Assembly: GCA_951406725.2 (NCBI GenBank)
Contig: OX597814.1
Span: forward strand, 5,208,001 to 5,272,000
DNA: 64,000 nt
Source of the DNA: Octopus vulgaris
Taxonomy: Eukaryota
Direction of reading: 5' to 3'
The notes beneath the pieces are model-generated. The model was not told where the DNA came from. It did no database searches and was given only the letters and a program-made list of their open reading frames with translations. Of the stretch, positions 36,171 to 49,397 are shown in pieces; within the stretch, counting starts at the first letter, position 1, and each line of letters starts with the position of its first letter. Both the position numbers and the translations under genes were made by a program.

Positions 36171-39100
36171 TAGCTTTACTGATTCTGCCATCCACCACAA
36201 CAATGAGTGTAATTCATTTTTAAAATGTAATTAGAGCAAAACAAAAAAATATTTGGTGATTGAAGTTGTAAAGTGTTGTTATAAAAATATGTTGAAAATG
36301 GTTGTGAATGAAAAGAAGGAGTCAGTAATAAAGTAAAATGTTAAATTTGATCTAAACAAGGAAAAAGCAGAGGAATTTGTTTAAGATAGAATGAGGAGGA
36401 GAATAGTAATTAAGTAGGTTCATCAAGGAAGTGTTAATAAAGAATAAAGATTTAAACATAACAAGTTATAATTTGTTTCTAAAATAGAAAACGGAATTTT
36501 GTTGAAGCTGGACTAAAAAAGAAATAAAATTGTTAAAAAAACAAATTAAGAATAGAAAACCATGCATTGTCACAGAAGCAGCTTCCTGAGTGAATGTTTG
36601 CTTCTAATTTGAATGAAAGAAATTCCGTCTTTAATTCTCCAACAATTATGACAAATTATGCCTTCAGCTGCAAACTTCAATAATAACACAAATAAACCTA
36701 GCTTTTATATTCAATTAATATTTTCCATACAAGGAGACACCAAAGCTGTTTTCTTCTTCTTCTTCTTCTTCTCGATGTTTGTTTTCTAACGTTAAAATGG
36801 ATGTTAATTCCTCTTCTCTGTATTGTGATCAAGAGGAGATATTATCATCAAAAGAAGAATCTCTTCTCTTACTTTGCCATCCCAAGGTAAACATTTCCAT
36901 TGTTCAAGTTTTTGTAAAAATCCTTCAAAAAGAATTATCTAAAAGCTTTCGATGAACCTTAAACATTTTTTGACATTCGAGGGAGGCTGTCGGAAGTAAA
37001 ACAGCATTAAGTAAATTAATTAAAAGTGGTGCCCCTGCATTCACTGGCAATGCCCCAGCATGGCCATAGCCTTAGGGCTGAAACATATAAAAGAATAAAA
37101 GAATACAGAGAATGGCAAAAATAAAAAGAAGAAATCTCAGATTCACAGTTCCTGACAAATGCTTCAACACTAAAGTTAAACAGTCTTTTTAAGTTCCTAT
37201 CATGGTTTGAACCAGTGAATGGTGTATGTTTGCTGTGGAAACAGCACCCAAGAATGGTAAACATATTGCCAGACTATGAAGACCAATGAAATTGTTGATA
37301 AGGACACAGAAGTAACTCAAATCAGCAATTGGGACATTGCAGGTGTGTTCCATTTCCAAGACAGACAGACAGACATCTTCGAATCAGCCAACTTTCTGGG
37401 CTTACCATTCTAATATCTTGTGTCTGAAACATGAGAGGAAACGGTCGAAAAGAAGCACGAAGCACTCTTCATCGAGTTTGAGGAAGACCAAAGCAGTTAG
37501 TTGAAGCAATACCATTTTCAGGAATCAGATGGAAGCTATTCTTAATATGTCCAAACAACAACGTATCTTACAGTTCTGTTTCAGTGTTAATTCTTGAATC
37601 AAGTTCTTAACCATGTTCTTACAGGGTTATTGGCTGGTTTCAGTTGGTTTTCACTCCCCAAATGTCAATATGGAGACAATGTGGAAGAATTCACTCAGAA
37701 AGCTGCAGCTTTTGACAAATATTATGCAAATAACGAATAAAGAATTAGAGAAATTAGTTACCAGTTCCATTCTTATCTCCTGTTAATAAATAAATAATCA
37801 TTATTTGTACACAGTCTTAAATAATATAACTATTCTAAATCATATCAAATGATCAACTTTTCATTTGTCTACCTTAACGATCATATTTAGCGAACTGTTC
37901 TTTTAGAAAGTACTTGGTGTTTTAACATTCCTGTACATCATTCTACCACATCTACAAAGGCTCTCTAAGAACCAAACTCTTTGGCAGCATTATTAAAGAG
38001 TATCACTCTAAATGAGACCAGATAATGTATAAAAGTGTTATGTACCACATAAATATGTTTGGCGCTTTCTCCTCTTCACCATCAAACAATACAATCTCAC
38101 GTTCTGCCTTCAGCTCTAAAAGACACATTTCAAACATAAGTGCCTGACCAGATAATCCTTTGGAGATTTATACAAAATATCAAATTAGTATCCCAGAGCC
38201 ATTCAGGTTTATCATTGTTGTCGTTGCAGGATTTCATGCCTGTTTTACCATTGTTGGCCTAACTTGGACAAGTCTCCCACAACCACCTCTTTCTGCTCAC
38301 CAAAAACCTTGATCATCTGACATATTCAGCAACAAGAAAACTATTAATCTTTGTGTTGGATGTTATGTTTATTGGAATGGTTTTTATGGACAGATACCCA
38401 TCTTATCACCATGGACTGACGGCTTTCCATATCATGTCCAAACACTAGAAGGGTTGTCCGCAACACCACTAGGCAATTGGTTCTATTCTGAGGCTGTGTT
38501 TTGTTTTTTAAAACCATTCTCCTAACACAGATTGCTTGCACTGCATTCTCTCTTTGTTTCTTTTTCACAATGTTGTGAAATAAAAAAAACCTGATCAGAG
38601 CCAAATTGGATAAATTCTAGGCACTCTGCTAATTAGCCATGGGTATTTTTGTATTCAAGCACCATCCGCATGTGGTTGAGGCCAGTGCCCCCTGACTGGC
38701 TCCCGTGCTGGTGATACATAAAAAACACCATCCAAACATGATCGGTGCCAAGGCCGCCTGAATGGCCCCTGTGCTAATGGCACGTAAAAGGTACCCACTA
38801 CACTCATGGAGTGGTTGGCGTTAGGAAGGGCATCCAGCTGTAGAAACTCTGCCTGATCAGATCAGAATCCTGGTGCAGCTTCCTGGCTTGCCAGTTCTCA
38901 GTCAAACCATCCAACCCATGCCGGCATGGACCATAGACATAAAACAATAATGATGATTTGACAGAATAATGTGGATGCTGAATGATTAAGCACATCATCA
39001 TTTAATGTCCGCTGTCCATGCTGGCATGGGTTGGACGGTTTGACTGGGCAGGCATGCTGGAAGGCTGCACCAGACTCCTGTCTGATTTGGCATGGTTTTC

Positions 39101-39836
39101 TACAGTTGGATGCCCTGCCTAACGCCAACCTCTCCAAGAATGTAATGGGTATTTTTACGTGCTACCAGCACGGGTACCAATTTGCATGATGACTGAAATT
39201 TTGCTTGGCTTGATGGGTCTTCTTCTTAAGCACGGTATAATGCTAAAGGTTTTGGTCAATGACTCCATGAGGCCCAACCCTTGAAAGGAACTCAGCCACT
39301 TTGCTTCGGTGAAGCTAATGCTAATTAGAATCGCCAAAATTAAGTTTGATCTTTTTTATTAAAGTTGATCCAATTAATTTTAACATATTTTGGTAATTAA
39401 TTTCTATTTCTAAAAGTAAATAAAACCAAAGAAATTGCTTAACATCAGATCAATCAATTCTGATCCAAAAAGTCTATGATTAAAGTTGTTCTCTCTATAA
39501 CCAGACTTTATTCAGGTACAATGTACCTAGGAGTACATTATCCATTGCATCCTTCCCTGCTATTTAATGTTAATATCCCTTAATTAATTAATTTTACTAA
39601 AGACAGATCAGAAGTGAAAGCAATTGTTTCATTTGTTAGTACAAGTGACAGAGGGCAATCATTTACACAGTGATTAGTGCAATTATTAGTATAGTCATTA
39701 GTGAAGTCATTAATTACATTCCTTGATCAAATATATTTCTAATAATGGAGTTTAATGAAGTTATTTTCATAAGAAAATAAATAAAATAAAACTAAAAGTG
39801 TTTCATCGAACAGAACCCCAAACCTCCAGCATTCTG

Positions 39837-40117
39837 GATGATGATGATGATGATGGTGGTAGTATTAATGATGATGATGATGACGGTGGTGGTGTTGATG
39901 TTGATGATGGCGGTGATGGAAATGATGTTGATGATGATGGTGGTGGTGTTGATGTTGATGATGGTGGTGGTGGAAATGATGTTGATGATGATGATGATGA
40001 TGGGTGGTGGTGTTGATGATGATGATGGTGGTGATGGAAATGATGTTGATGATGATGGTGGTGATGGAAATGATGTTGATGATGATGGTGGTGATGGAAA
40101 TGATGTTGATGATGATG
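39837..40117. repeat. (GAT)n/(GGT)n compound trinucleotide repeat
   Basis: Seen directly. Produces the poly-D/H/M ORFs. Confidence 0.95.
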
Positions 40118-40456
40118 GGAAGTATGCCACTGTCCATTATTTTCTTTAAACTACAAAATGTATTCAGAATATGTTCCTCTGAAGCCTGGACCGTTTTCAT
40201 ATCAACACCACTACCACCCCACCCCACCCCACCCACTGCTTCTATGATATAAATTTGCTGCTTTGAAGTGATCTAAACTAAAACCTTCCATCAAAATCTC
40301 GTGCTCATTCATTTCTCAAAGCACCGTCTTAGTGACGCCAAAACGATTTCACAAAATTCTTTATTGTTTTCAAAACAGGCAAACAAGACATTTCTGTAAT
40401 ACTTCAGAATGAGAGAAAATGTCTTTAAACACAACATGAACATCTCTAAGCGTTAC

Positions 40457-40553
40457 CTCGTTGTTGTTCAACAGTCAATTTTTTGGTTTTATTGACCGTG
40501 GCATAAATTGGTTCTGCAGTTCCTTCTTTGGCGGTGTTAAAGTTTTCAGAAGT
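40457..40553 (-). CDS. Exon G: TSENFNTAKEGTAEPIYATVNKTKKLTVEQQR, contains EPIYA motif
   Basis: Acceptor ctttgcag, donor GTAACG. 97 nt, phase 0 to 1. Bridges exons F and H in phase. Confidence 0.8.
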
Positions 40554-40656
40554 CTGCAAAGAAAGTTTTATTATCAAAGATCCTTGCATAATAAATTATC
40601 AAATTAATTATGTTAATAATAATAAACTTTGAACGTGGTTGTTGTAAGAGATGGTG

Positions 40657-40982
40657 CTGGTCAAAGGAAATCCGGTTTTGGTCAAAGGAAATCCGGTTCT
40701 GATCAAAGGAAATCCAGTTCTGATCAAAGGAAATCCAGTTCTGGTCAAAGGAAATCCGGTTCTGATCAAAGGAAATCCAGTTCTGATCAAAGGAAATCCG
40801 GTTCTAATCAAAGGAAATCCGGTTCTGATCAAAGGAAATCCAGTTCTGATCAAAGGAAATCCAGTTCTGGTCAAAGGAAATCCGGTTCTAATCAAAGGAA
40901 ATCCAGTTCTGATCAAAGGAAATCCAGTTCTGATCAAAGGAAATCTGGTTCTGATCAAAGGAAATCCAGTTCTGGTCAAAGG
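40657..40982. repeat. 21-bp minisatellite, about 15.5 copies
   Basis: Unit CTGRTCAAAGGAAATCCRGTT. Confidence 0.95.
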
Positions 40983-41493
40983 TAATAATAGAGAGGAAGT
41001 ACTAAACTACCTCTCCAAAGAAAACAGGTTCAAATCCTGGTAAACACAACCTACAGTAAATTTAGTTTCTCTTTGACAAATTTTTCTTATCATGAACTAA
41101 AGACATGCGATGGTATATATCAGTGGTTGTGGACCCCAGGTGGTCTGTAAAGGTAGTACTGGGGGTGGTCTGTGAACATAAAAAGAACCATCCGTAAGTG
41201 ACCGATGCCAGTCCCCCTGCCCTGATTGGCTCCTGTGCTAGTGGCATATAAAAAGTACCATCCGAATGTGGCCAATGCCAGCACCGCCTGACTGGCCCTC
41301 ATGCTGGTGGCACGTAAAAAGCACCCACTACACTCTCAGAGTGGTGGGTGTAAGGAAGGGCTTCCAGCAGTAGAAACATTGCCAGATCAGATTGGAGCCT
41401 GGTGCAGCCTTCTGGCTTGCCAGCCTTCAGTAAAACTGCTCAACCCATGCCAGCATGGAAAGCAGACGTTAAGCGACGATGATGATGACTTAC

Positions 41494-41648
41494 TGTATTT
41501 AAAATGTCTGTTATTTGATTGTTTTCCTTGGAAGGAACATTATTTCCTGTTTCAATGGATTCTTCGTTGTCATTGAAAGTTTTTGCAGGAACAAATGTAT
41601 TTCCTCTGTTTGAGATATCAATTGTTGAATATGGATTTTCCAGGTTGT
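41494..41648 (-). CDS. Exon F: DNLENPYSTIDISNRGNTFVPAKTFNDNEES...DILNT
   Basis: Acceptor ttattttgcag, donor GTAAGT. 155 nt, phase 1 to 0. Confidence 0.8.
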
Positions 41649-42651
41649 CTGCAAAATAAAAGAGAAAAGCTTTAGATTCTATAAACTGCAGAACCCAGCT
41701 GTGGGTTCTACATAGTGTGCCGGGTGCTTCGTACGGGTCACTGGCATGGGTGCCTTTTATGTGGCACCAGCAGGGTTGCCAGGTCACTTGCAAGGTAAAG
41801 GCCTCTTGGTTGAGAGAGGTAGGAGAATCAAGAGGAGGGGCCGTGTGCCAAACAAGACATCAGAGTATGAGAGAAGGAGAGAGAGATAGTCATGTTGCTA
41901 TGGAGGGTTACTCGGCCACCCCAGCAGGACAAGGAAGAAGGGGGTGGCGGAGACAGCCAGAGTGAGTGAGAGAGAGAAATACAGAGCTGGTGTGGGGGAT
42001 GTACAGGAAGTCTACCGACAGGGGACAGTGGTGGGGATGGAGAGGGGATGTGCCATGAGAGTGTGAAGGGGATATGTTTGGGGATGGGGAAGGCATGACT
42101 GTAGCAAGTGATGGAGTGATGGGGGAAATTGGAGAGAATTGGAGGGGTGGGGGAGATATGTAAAGACATAAGAGAGTGGAGGGGCCTGCGGTGGTTGAGG
42201 CGCATGAGGGAGAGTGGAAGAGTTTGTTGAGAGTGTTGACAGGGGTCAGATGTGTCTGTGTGAGAGAGAGCAGAAGGGGATAGCCAAAAAGGACATGCAT
42301 GTATGTGCTGAAGGCCAGGACCTCACTCAGCTTGATGTGTCTTCTCAAGCACAAACGAACCACCACAAGTCTTGCTCTCTTGTCATCTCCTCTGTGAGGC
42401 TCAACAACTGCAGATCACATTTCACCACTTCACCCCATGTCTTCCTGGGTCTACCACTTCCACACATTCCAACCACAAATAGAACAAAGTCATCAGCATA
42501 GAGGAGCTCCCAAAAGCAACCAGTCTTAAATTTCTCCATTATAGCCTGGAGGATTATGATGGACAAACAGGAGCGGAGAACTGATCTTTGGTGCACTCCT
42601 GTGCACTAAATTCATTGCTGTACTTGTTGCTGACCATCACTTTATTAAATA

Positions 42652-42958
42652 CTAGCAGTATCGCCCAGCGTTGCTCGGGTTTGTAAGGGAATTAACTATA
42701 TAAGTATTTTTAGAGAGTTACTTCCCTTATATAAACCGAGCAAAACTCATTAGAAATGCGGAAAAATGATGGTAAATTTTTTTTTAAATCGTAGACTCAT
42801 CGTAGACGCGCGCTAATACCCAGAAGGGCTCGATATGAATCACGACTATAAGATACCCGAATTTGGTTAAACTGCACCGCAAAATGTGGGAGTAGTTAGG
42901 AATCTAAATCGGAGTAGACAGACTCTCACACACACAACTTTAGTTTTATATATAAAGA
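42652..42958 (-). mobile_element. Helitron-like element, copy of 6116-6417
   Basis: TC...hairpin-CTAG on the minus strand, at an A|T site. Confidence 0.75.
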
Positions 42959-43865
42959 TAACAAAATGGTTGAAGCGTAAGTCCTTATGCAATGCATAAG
43001 CCCCATGGTGGGCAAGAGGTAGATTAATAAGGCCAGTGGTAGGGGTGGAGTACTGGATATAAGTAAGTCCAATATGGCTCCCTGTTCTATGAAGGGTTTG
43101 GTACAATGACTAAGCAAGAGAATGAGTGTCAGTCCCCACCCCAGGTGCCATTTTAATGTTCCTTTCCCATACCTGAAGATGTGGGCAGGTCTTTTGTAGC
43201 TTTCTGTCTCACAGTCCTTTATCTGTAAGGCTCTTCATCCCATGTCTTTTGGGGGGTCTCCCTCTTGCACAAGTTCCATTTGCGCTGAGTACCCAGCACT
43301 TCTTTATACAACTAATACCTGCCACAGCCCACCCCATGCCTCGACCAACACAAATCTTTTCTCTTACACGCTACGTCTCTTCTTACATTTTTCTCCCTCA
43401 TTCAGGCACACCGACATTACACATCTAATGCAGCATGCTTACTTTGCTTTCAACACGTCACGTCTTCCACATTCAGGGCCCACATCCCTTACGATGTAGT
43501 ATTGTTGTTTGTACTTGAGTATCATATAATTTGCCTTTTACCCAGAGGGAGACAGACAGAGACCTTTCGTTACTAACAGAGGTAGTAGCTCTTGGAACTT
43601 ATTCCTGCCTGTTCTTAATATAGCAACTACACTTTCAGAACATTCCCCTCTGCTGCTAAGATGTTCACCCACATAACAGAGGTTATCAACCACTTTTATT
43701 TCTTTATTGCCCACAGGGATCTAAACATAGAGGGTGCAAACAAGGACAAAGGGGTTAAGTCAATTATATCGACCCCAGTGCGTAACTGATACTTATTTAA
43801 TCGACCTCAAAAGGATGAAAAGCAAAGTCGACCTTGGTGGAATTTGAACTCAGAGTGTAAAGACT

Positions 43866-43915
<50 letters not shown>

Positions 43916-44827
43916 CATGACCGACCAGACCATCAGATGTTGTTACACATCGCTGGTCACAATGCGTTCGCATTGTTTTAGCCTTCGAATGATGCCACCC
44001 CGCTGGCTAAGCGAGCAGGCCAACAGAAGAAAGTGTAGGAGAAAGTGTGGTGAAAGAGTACAGCAGGGATCACCACCACCCCCTGCCGGAGCCTTGTGGA
44101 GCTTTTTAGGGGTTATCGCTCAATAAAAACTCACAACGCCCGGTCTGGGAATCGAAACCGTGATCCTACGACCGCGAGTCCGCTGCCCTAACCACTGGGC
44201 CATTGCGCCTCCACACACACACACACATATATATATATATAGTCAGAACTCAGACTGTAAAGACAGACGAAATACCGCTAAGCAGTTTGCCCGATTGTGC
44301 TAACGATTCTGCCCCCCCCCCCCCCATCAGCTCTTGCAGCTTATTTCCTCTTTATATCTGCCACATGTAAAGTCTCTTTTCTCTTTTAACCTACATGGGA
44401 TCCCATGACACTACATGCACTCACAGCTTATACTGGCCACACCTTATGGAATTCTTACCTGCCCCTTTTCTGTATATCAACCATGGTTACTTCTTTAATG
44501 GTAGTAGGGCCCCCCGCTTTTTTTGTTCTATCCACTGTAATGCTGTCAGCATAAATGGTTGGTCCCTCTATTCGGTCTGTTTAGGGTAGGCCCTCTCAAT
44601 CCCATGCATTCTCTTTATTCAAAAAAGCTCCCATAGCAGCACTTCCATACCCCTTTCTTTTCATTATCAGTAAGAGCAAATGCCTAACTATTATTCCTTA
44701 TACACTTCACCCCAAAGATGTCAGGATTTTCTTCAACCTACTCTGCCTTGTCATTGAAAACATTCACATCCCTGATTCTCACATCACAGAAAAGGACAAA
44801 ACCTCTTCTCTAGTTAACTATACTTGA

Positions 44828-45458
44828 TACATTATTTACATTTGATGGATATTTGTCCTCATCTTGTTTGTTGTTAACCCAACGTTTTGGCTGATATAAC
44901 CTCCAGCCTTCATCAGGTGCCTTGGGGAAATTTCGAACCTGGGTTCTCATTCCTAAGGCAGCAACACCGCCATCATCATCATCATTATTATCTCTCTCTA
45001 TATAAACGGCAGTTTGTCTGTGCGTCTGTTTTCTCGTACCCTCACTCTGACCACGGCTTTCAACCGATTCTGATGAAACTTGATACACACATAGCCCAAT
45101 GTCATAATTCAAAACTAACGCAGCGAAAATTTTGAAAAGTTCCCCCAGTTCAGAAAAAGATCGATAAATTCGACATGGGGTCGACAATCAGAAACACAAA
45201 CCGCAGATGGTGTAGGGGACGCAACTCGGCCTTTTTAACTATCAAAAAAAATTTACCATCATTTTTTCCCCATTTTTTTTGCTATTTTTTGGCTATAACT
45301 CTCTAAAAGTGCTTTATAGTTATTTCCCTTACAAACCCGAGCAACGCCGGGCGATACTGCTAGTTATTATTATTATTCAGTTCACTGCCTAGGATCAAAC
45401 TCGGAATCTTGGGGTTAGTAGCCCGTGCTCTTAACCACTATGCCATATGCTTGTGGGC
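44828..45458 (-). mobile_element. tRNA-head plus hammerhead element split by a Helitron-like insertion (44991-45363)
   Basis: Head at about 45372-45458, hammerhead tail at 44828-44958. The insert sits in the (AAT)n linker. Confidence 0.75.
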
Positions 45459-46107
45459 AATTATGGAGTGATGTTTAGCTTCTCTTCCAGCTGTCTCTTA
45501 ACCCTTTCTTCTAATCTTTCCAAACCTACCTGATAGCTTTTATGGCTCTTTCAAGTCACCTTTCACCTGACTGAGACTTTGCACCAGCCACATATGTGGT
45601 CTAATCAAATAAATATTTCAACCCTTTGGCATTTAAACCAGCCATACCTGTTCTACCTTGTTTCATAATCAAAATGATCAGAGTTGGCCTCTCACACCTA
45701 TCCTACAATGTCATTCTAAAAATAAACAAATACAAGATAATGGATAATTAGTTCAAAACAATGTGGATAAATAAGTTTTTGGCATTTGGCAGACTCATTC
45801 CAGTCTGGAAACAGGAATGAGAAATGGAAAGGATTCCAAGAAAGATTTTCACATCATAGACTTGTTTCCTTCTCTCAAGTAAAATGCTTATTCCTTAAGA
45901 AAATCACAATTATCAAGTTTTCTTGTATTTTGAAGATATTCAGAGTTTACTCTAAAGACAGTTTCCAGGCTTATTCTGCGAAAGAGAGAGAAAATAAGAT
46001 TTCCTGGAATCTTTATTATGCTTTCTTCCCTCAAACGAGATAAACTGAAGTAGTGTTAAAACATGTTTTCTTGGCTGAAATTCAGCAGAGAATACACTGC
46101 TACTTAC

Positions 46108-46168
46108 CAAAATCTTCACTGTCTGATGATTTTGGAACCAACTTGGCCAGATTTACACGCATTTGCCC
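46108..46168 (-). CDS. Exon E: GQMRVNLAKLVPKSSDSEDF
   Basis: Acceptor gtcttttag, donor GTAAGT. 61 nt, phase 0 to 1. Confidence 0.8.
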
Positions 46169-47356
46169 CTAAAAGACAAGAAAGGCACAGATTAAATAAC
46201 AATACTTTTCAGTCTTTCCATTAAATTAAAGAGCAAATAAGTTAGAGATGTGGTTTCCGACCATTTTTTTTTTGTCTGTGAATCCCTCCAATTCCTGTTT
46301 TATTTAAGTGGAACCCCACAGCCATTCAATGTTTAAGAAAAAAAATTCCAATATATTTTTCAAATTAAATATTAGGAATTGCATAAGAAAATTAAGATTT
46401 TTGGTGTATTGAAGAATTATAAACAATACATTGCACAAAAAGTTTAGCAAACAAAAAATCTTATGTGGATCCTCAAGGGTCAAACAGAACCCAAATGAGA
46501 AGCAAGGAGTTAGAGGTTGATCATCATTTAACATCTGCCTTCCATGCTGGCATGGGTGGAATGGTTTGACAGGAGCCGGCCAGGCAGAAGCCTGCACCAG
46601 ACTTCTGTGACTGTTTTGGCTGGAGTTTTATAGCTGGATGCCCTTCCAAATGCCAACCACTCAGCAGAATGGACTTAGTGCTTTTTACGTGGCAAAAGCA
46701 CAGGCGAGGTCAGTTTTGGCAAGGTTTTTACAGCTGGACGCCCTTCTGAACACCAACCACTTTACAGTGTGGACTGGGTGCTTTTTAAGTGGCACCTACA
46801 CTGACAGGGTCACCAAGTAACCTGCAAGACAAAAAAATAAAATTTTGAGAGGGGGAAGGGGGGCATTGGAGGAGGGGATTTTATGTCAGATGATGAAAAG
46901 TTATAGTGAGACAGAGAGTTCGTTTTAAACGTTCAAATGTGAAGACAAACAGTAATATAATTACAAAGGTCTTAAAAAAAAACAAAAGTCAAATAAGTAT
47001 TTAAAACAAAGGGATAAAACTGCAAGAGAGAAAAAGATTTGCAAAGATGAAATCATGGAGAAATATTGTATATTAAAAACATGTCTCCCACAAATACAGA
47101 CTGTTTAGATGAGCGAGTTTGAAAGGCAGTCGACCATAACATTCAGGTTGGTTTTCTCTGTGGCTGTATATGTCACAGTGCAGGCATATGACCTGGAGCA
47201 GTGATTCTCAAACTGTGGTCCATAGTCCCCTAGCGCAGTGCCTCTCAAACTATCCGATGTGGCGTACTAGCAGTTTCTTTTTTTTTTTTTTTTCCCAATG
47301 TGCCAGGCACCAGTAATATTTCTTAGTAATATTAATTTATAACAGAAACAATATAT

Positions 47357-47640
47357 ATAATGTAAAGTATAGAAGCCATCTTATCATGGCTAACCACATT
47401 GGGGAGGGGGTTGTTACTGTAGCTTTATAGCCCCAAGAGATCTTCGTCTCTAGCTGGCTTTAGACACAATATCAGTGTCCTTGGAGTATTTTCCCCCTCC
47501 CTTTGCAAATACTCCAAAGACACAGATATTGTGTTTAGAGCCAGCTAGAGACGAAGATCTCTTGGGGCTATAAAGCTACAGTAACACCCCCTCCCCAATG
47601 TGGTTAGCCATGATAAGATGGCTTCTATACTTTACATTAT
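47357..47640. repeat. Long near-perfect inverted repeat, arms about 135 bp, loop about 16 nt
   Basis: ATAATGTAAAGTATAGAAGCC...GGAGTATTT and its reverse complement, with few mismatches. Confidence 0.95.
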
Positions 47641-48015
47641 CGAGCGATTACTGTTTCAATCTCATCCTGAGATTTAATTAATATCATCATCATCATCATC
47701 ATCATTTAGCGTCCGTTTTCCATGCTAGCATGGGTTGGACGGTTCTACTGGGGTCTGTGAAGCCAGAAGGCTTCATCAGGCCCAGTCAAATCTGGCAGTG
47801 TTTCTACGGCTGGATGCCCTTCCTAACGCCAACCACTCCGTGAGTGTAGTGGGTGCTTTTTACGTGCCACCCGCACTGGTGCCAGACAGAGCTGGCAAAC
47901 GGCCACGAACGGATGGTGCTTTTTATGTGCCACCGGCACGAGGGCCAGGCGAGGCTGGCAACGGACACGAAACGGGGCGGTGCTGGCAACGGTCGCGAAA
48001 CGGAAAGTTCTCTTA

Positions 48016-49300
48016 CATGCCACCGGCACTGGTAACACATCTGCAATTTCCATTGATCAATTTCCATTGATCGATTTCGATTCTGATCCTCACTTGCCTC
48101 AATGGGTCTTCACAAGCAGAGTTTCGACATGCCACCGGCACTGGTAGCACATCCGCAATTTCCATTGATCGATTTCGATTCTGATCCTCACTTGCCTCAA
48201 TGGGTCTTCACAAGCAGAGTTTCGACATGCCACCGGCACTGGTAGCACATCCGCAATTTCCATTGATCGATTTCGATTCTGATCCTCACTTGCCTCAATG
48301 GGTCTTCACAAGCAGAGTTTCGACATGCCACCGGCACTGGTAGCACATCTGCAATTTCCATTGATCGATTTCGATTCTGATCCTCACTTGCCTCAATGGG
48401 TCTTCACAAGCAGAGTTTCGACATGCCACTGGCACTGGTAGCACATCCGCAATTTCCATTGATCGATTTCGATTCTGATCCTCACTTGCCTCAATGGGTC
48501 TTCACAAGCAGAGTTTCGACATGCCACCGGCACTGGTAGCACATCCGCAATTTCCATTGATCGATTTCGATTCTGATCCTCACTTGCCTCAATGGGTCTT
48601 CACAAGCAGAGTTTCGACATGCCACCGGCACTGGTAGCACATCCGCAATTTCCATTGATCGATTTCGATTCTGATCCTCACTTGCCTCAATGGGTCTTCA
48701 CAAGCAGAGTTTCGACATGCCACCGGCACTGGTAGCACATCCGCAATTTCCATTGATCGATTTCGATTCTGATCCTCACTTGCCTCAATGGGTCTTCACA
48801 AGCAGAGTTTCGACATGCCACCGGCACTGGTAGCACATCCGCAATTTCCATTGATCGATTTCGATTCTGATCCTCACTTGCCTCAATGGGTCTTCACAAG
48901 CAGAGTTTCGACATGCCACCGGCACTGGTAGCACATCCGCAATTTCCATTGATCGATTTCGATTCTGATCCTCACTTGCCTCAATGGGTCTTCACAAGCA
49001 GAGTTTCGACATGCCACCGGCACTGGTAGCACATCCGCAATTTCCATTGATCGATTTCGATTCTGATCCTCACTTGCCTCAATGGGTCTTCACAAGCAGA
49101 GTTTCGACATGCCACCGGCACTGGTAGCACATCCGCAATTTCCATTGATCGATTTCGATTCTGATCCTCACTTGCCTCAATGGGTCTTCACAAGCAGAGT
49201 TTCGACATGCCACCGGCACTGGTAGCACATCTGCAATTTCCATTGATCGATTTCGATTCTGATCCTCACTTGCCTCAACACGTCTTCACAAGTAGAGTTT
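48016..49300. repeat. 98-bp tandem array, 13 copies, derived from the (GAT)n-tailed SINE-like family
   Basis: Unit starts at 48128, 48226 ... 49206 with an exact 98-bp period. Copies nearly identical. Confidence 0.95.
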
Positions 49301-49397
49301 TGTGTCCCAAGAAGGGAAGGTATGTATATAATGAATATAATCAAAGTTGACAATTTTTTTTTTATCTTGTATTTATTTTGTAAACAAATAATACAAT

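Noticed and set aside
37406-37423. 18-nt microexon-like segment with strong splice sites (tttcag ... GTAAGC) on the minus strand
   Set aside because: It lies in a phase-1 intron, where it introduces TAG. It could only be a poison exon and cannot be supported without RNA data.
39792-40252. Poly-D, poly-H and poly-M ORFs
   Set aside because: Trinucleotide microsatellite with no splice support.
40608-41043. LIKGNPV, DQRKSGS and LIRTGFP repeat ORFs
   Set aside because: A 21-bp tandem repeat open in several frames. Exons F and G already join in phase without it.
48016-49300. Possible CRISPR array
   Set aside because: Head-to-tail identical units without unique spacers, eukaryotic context, no cas genes.
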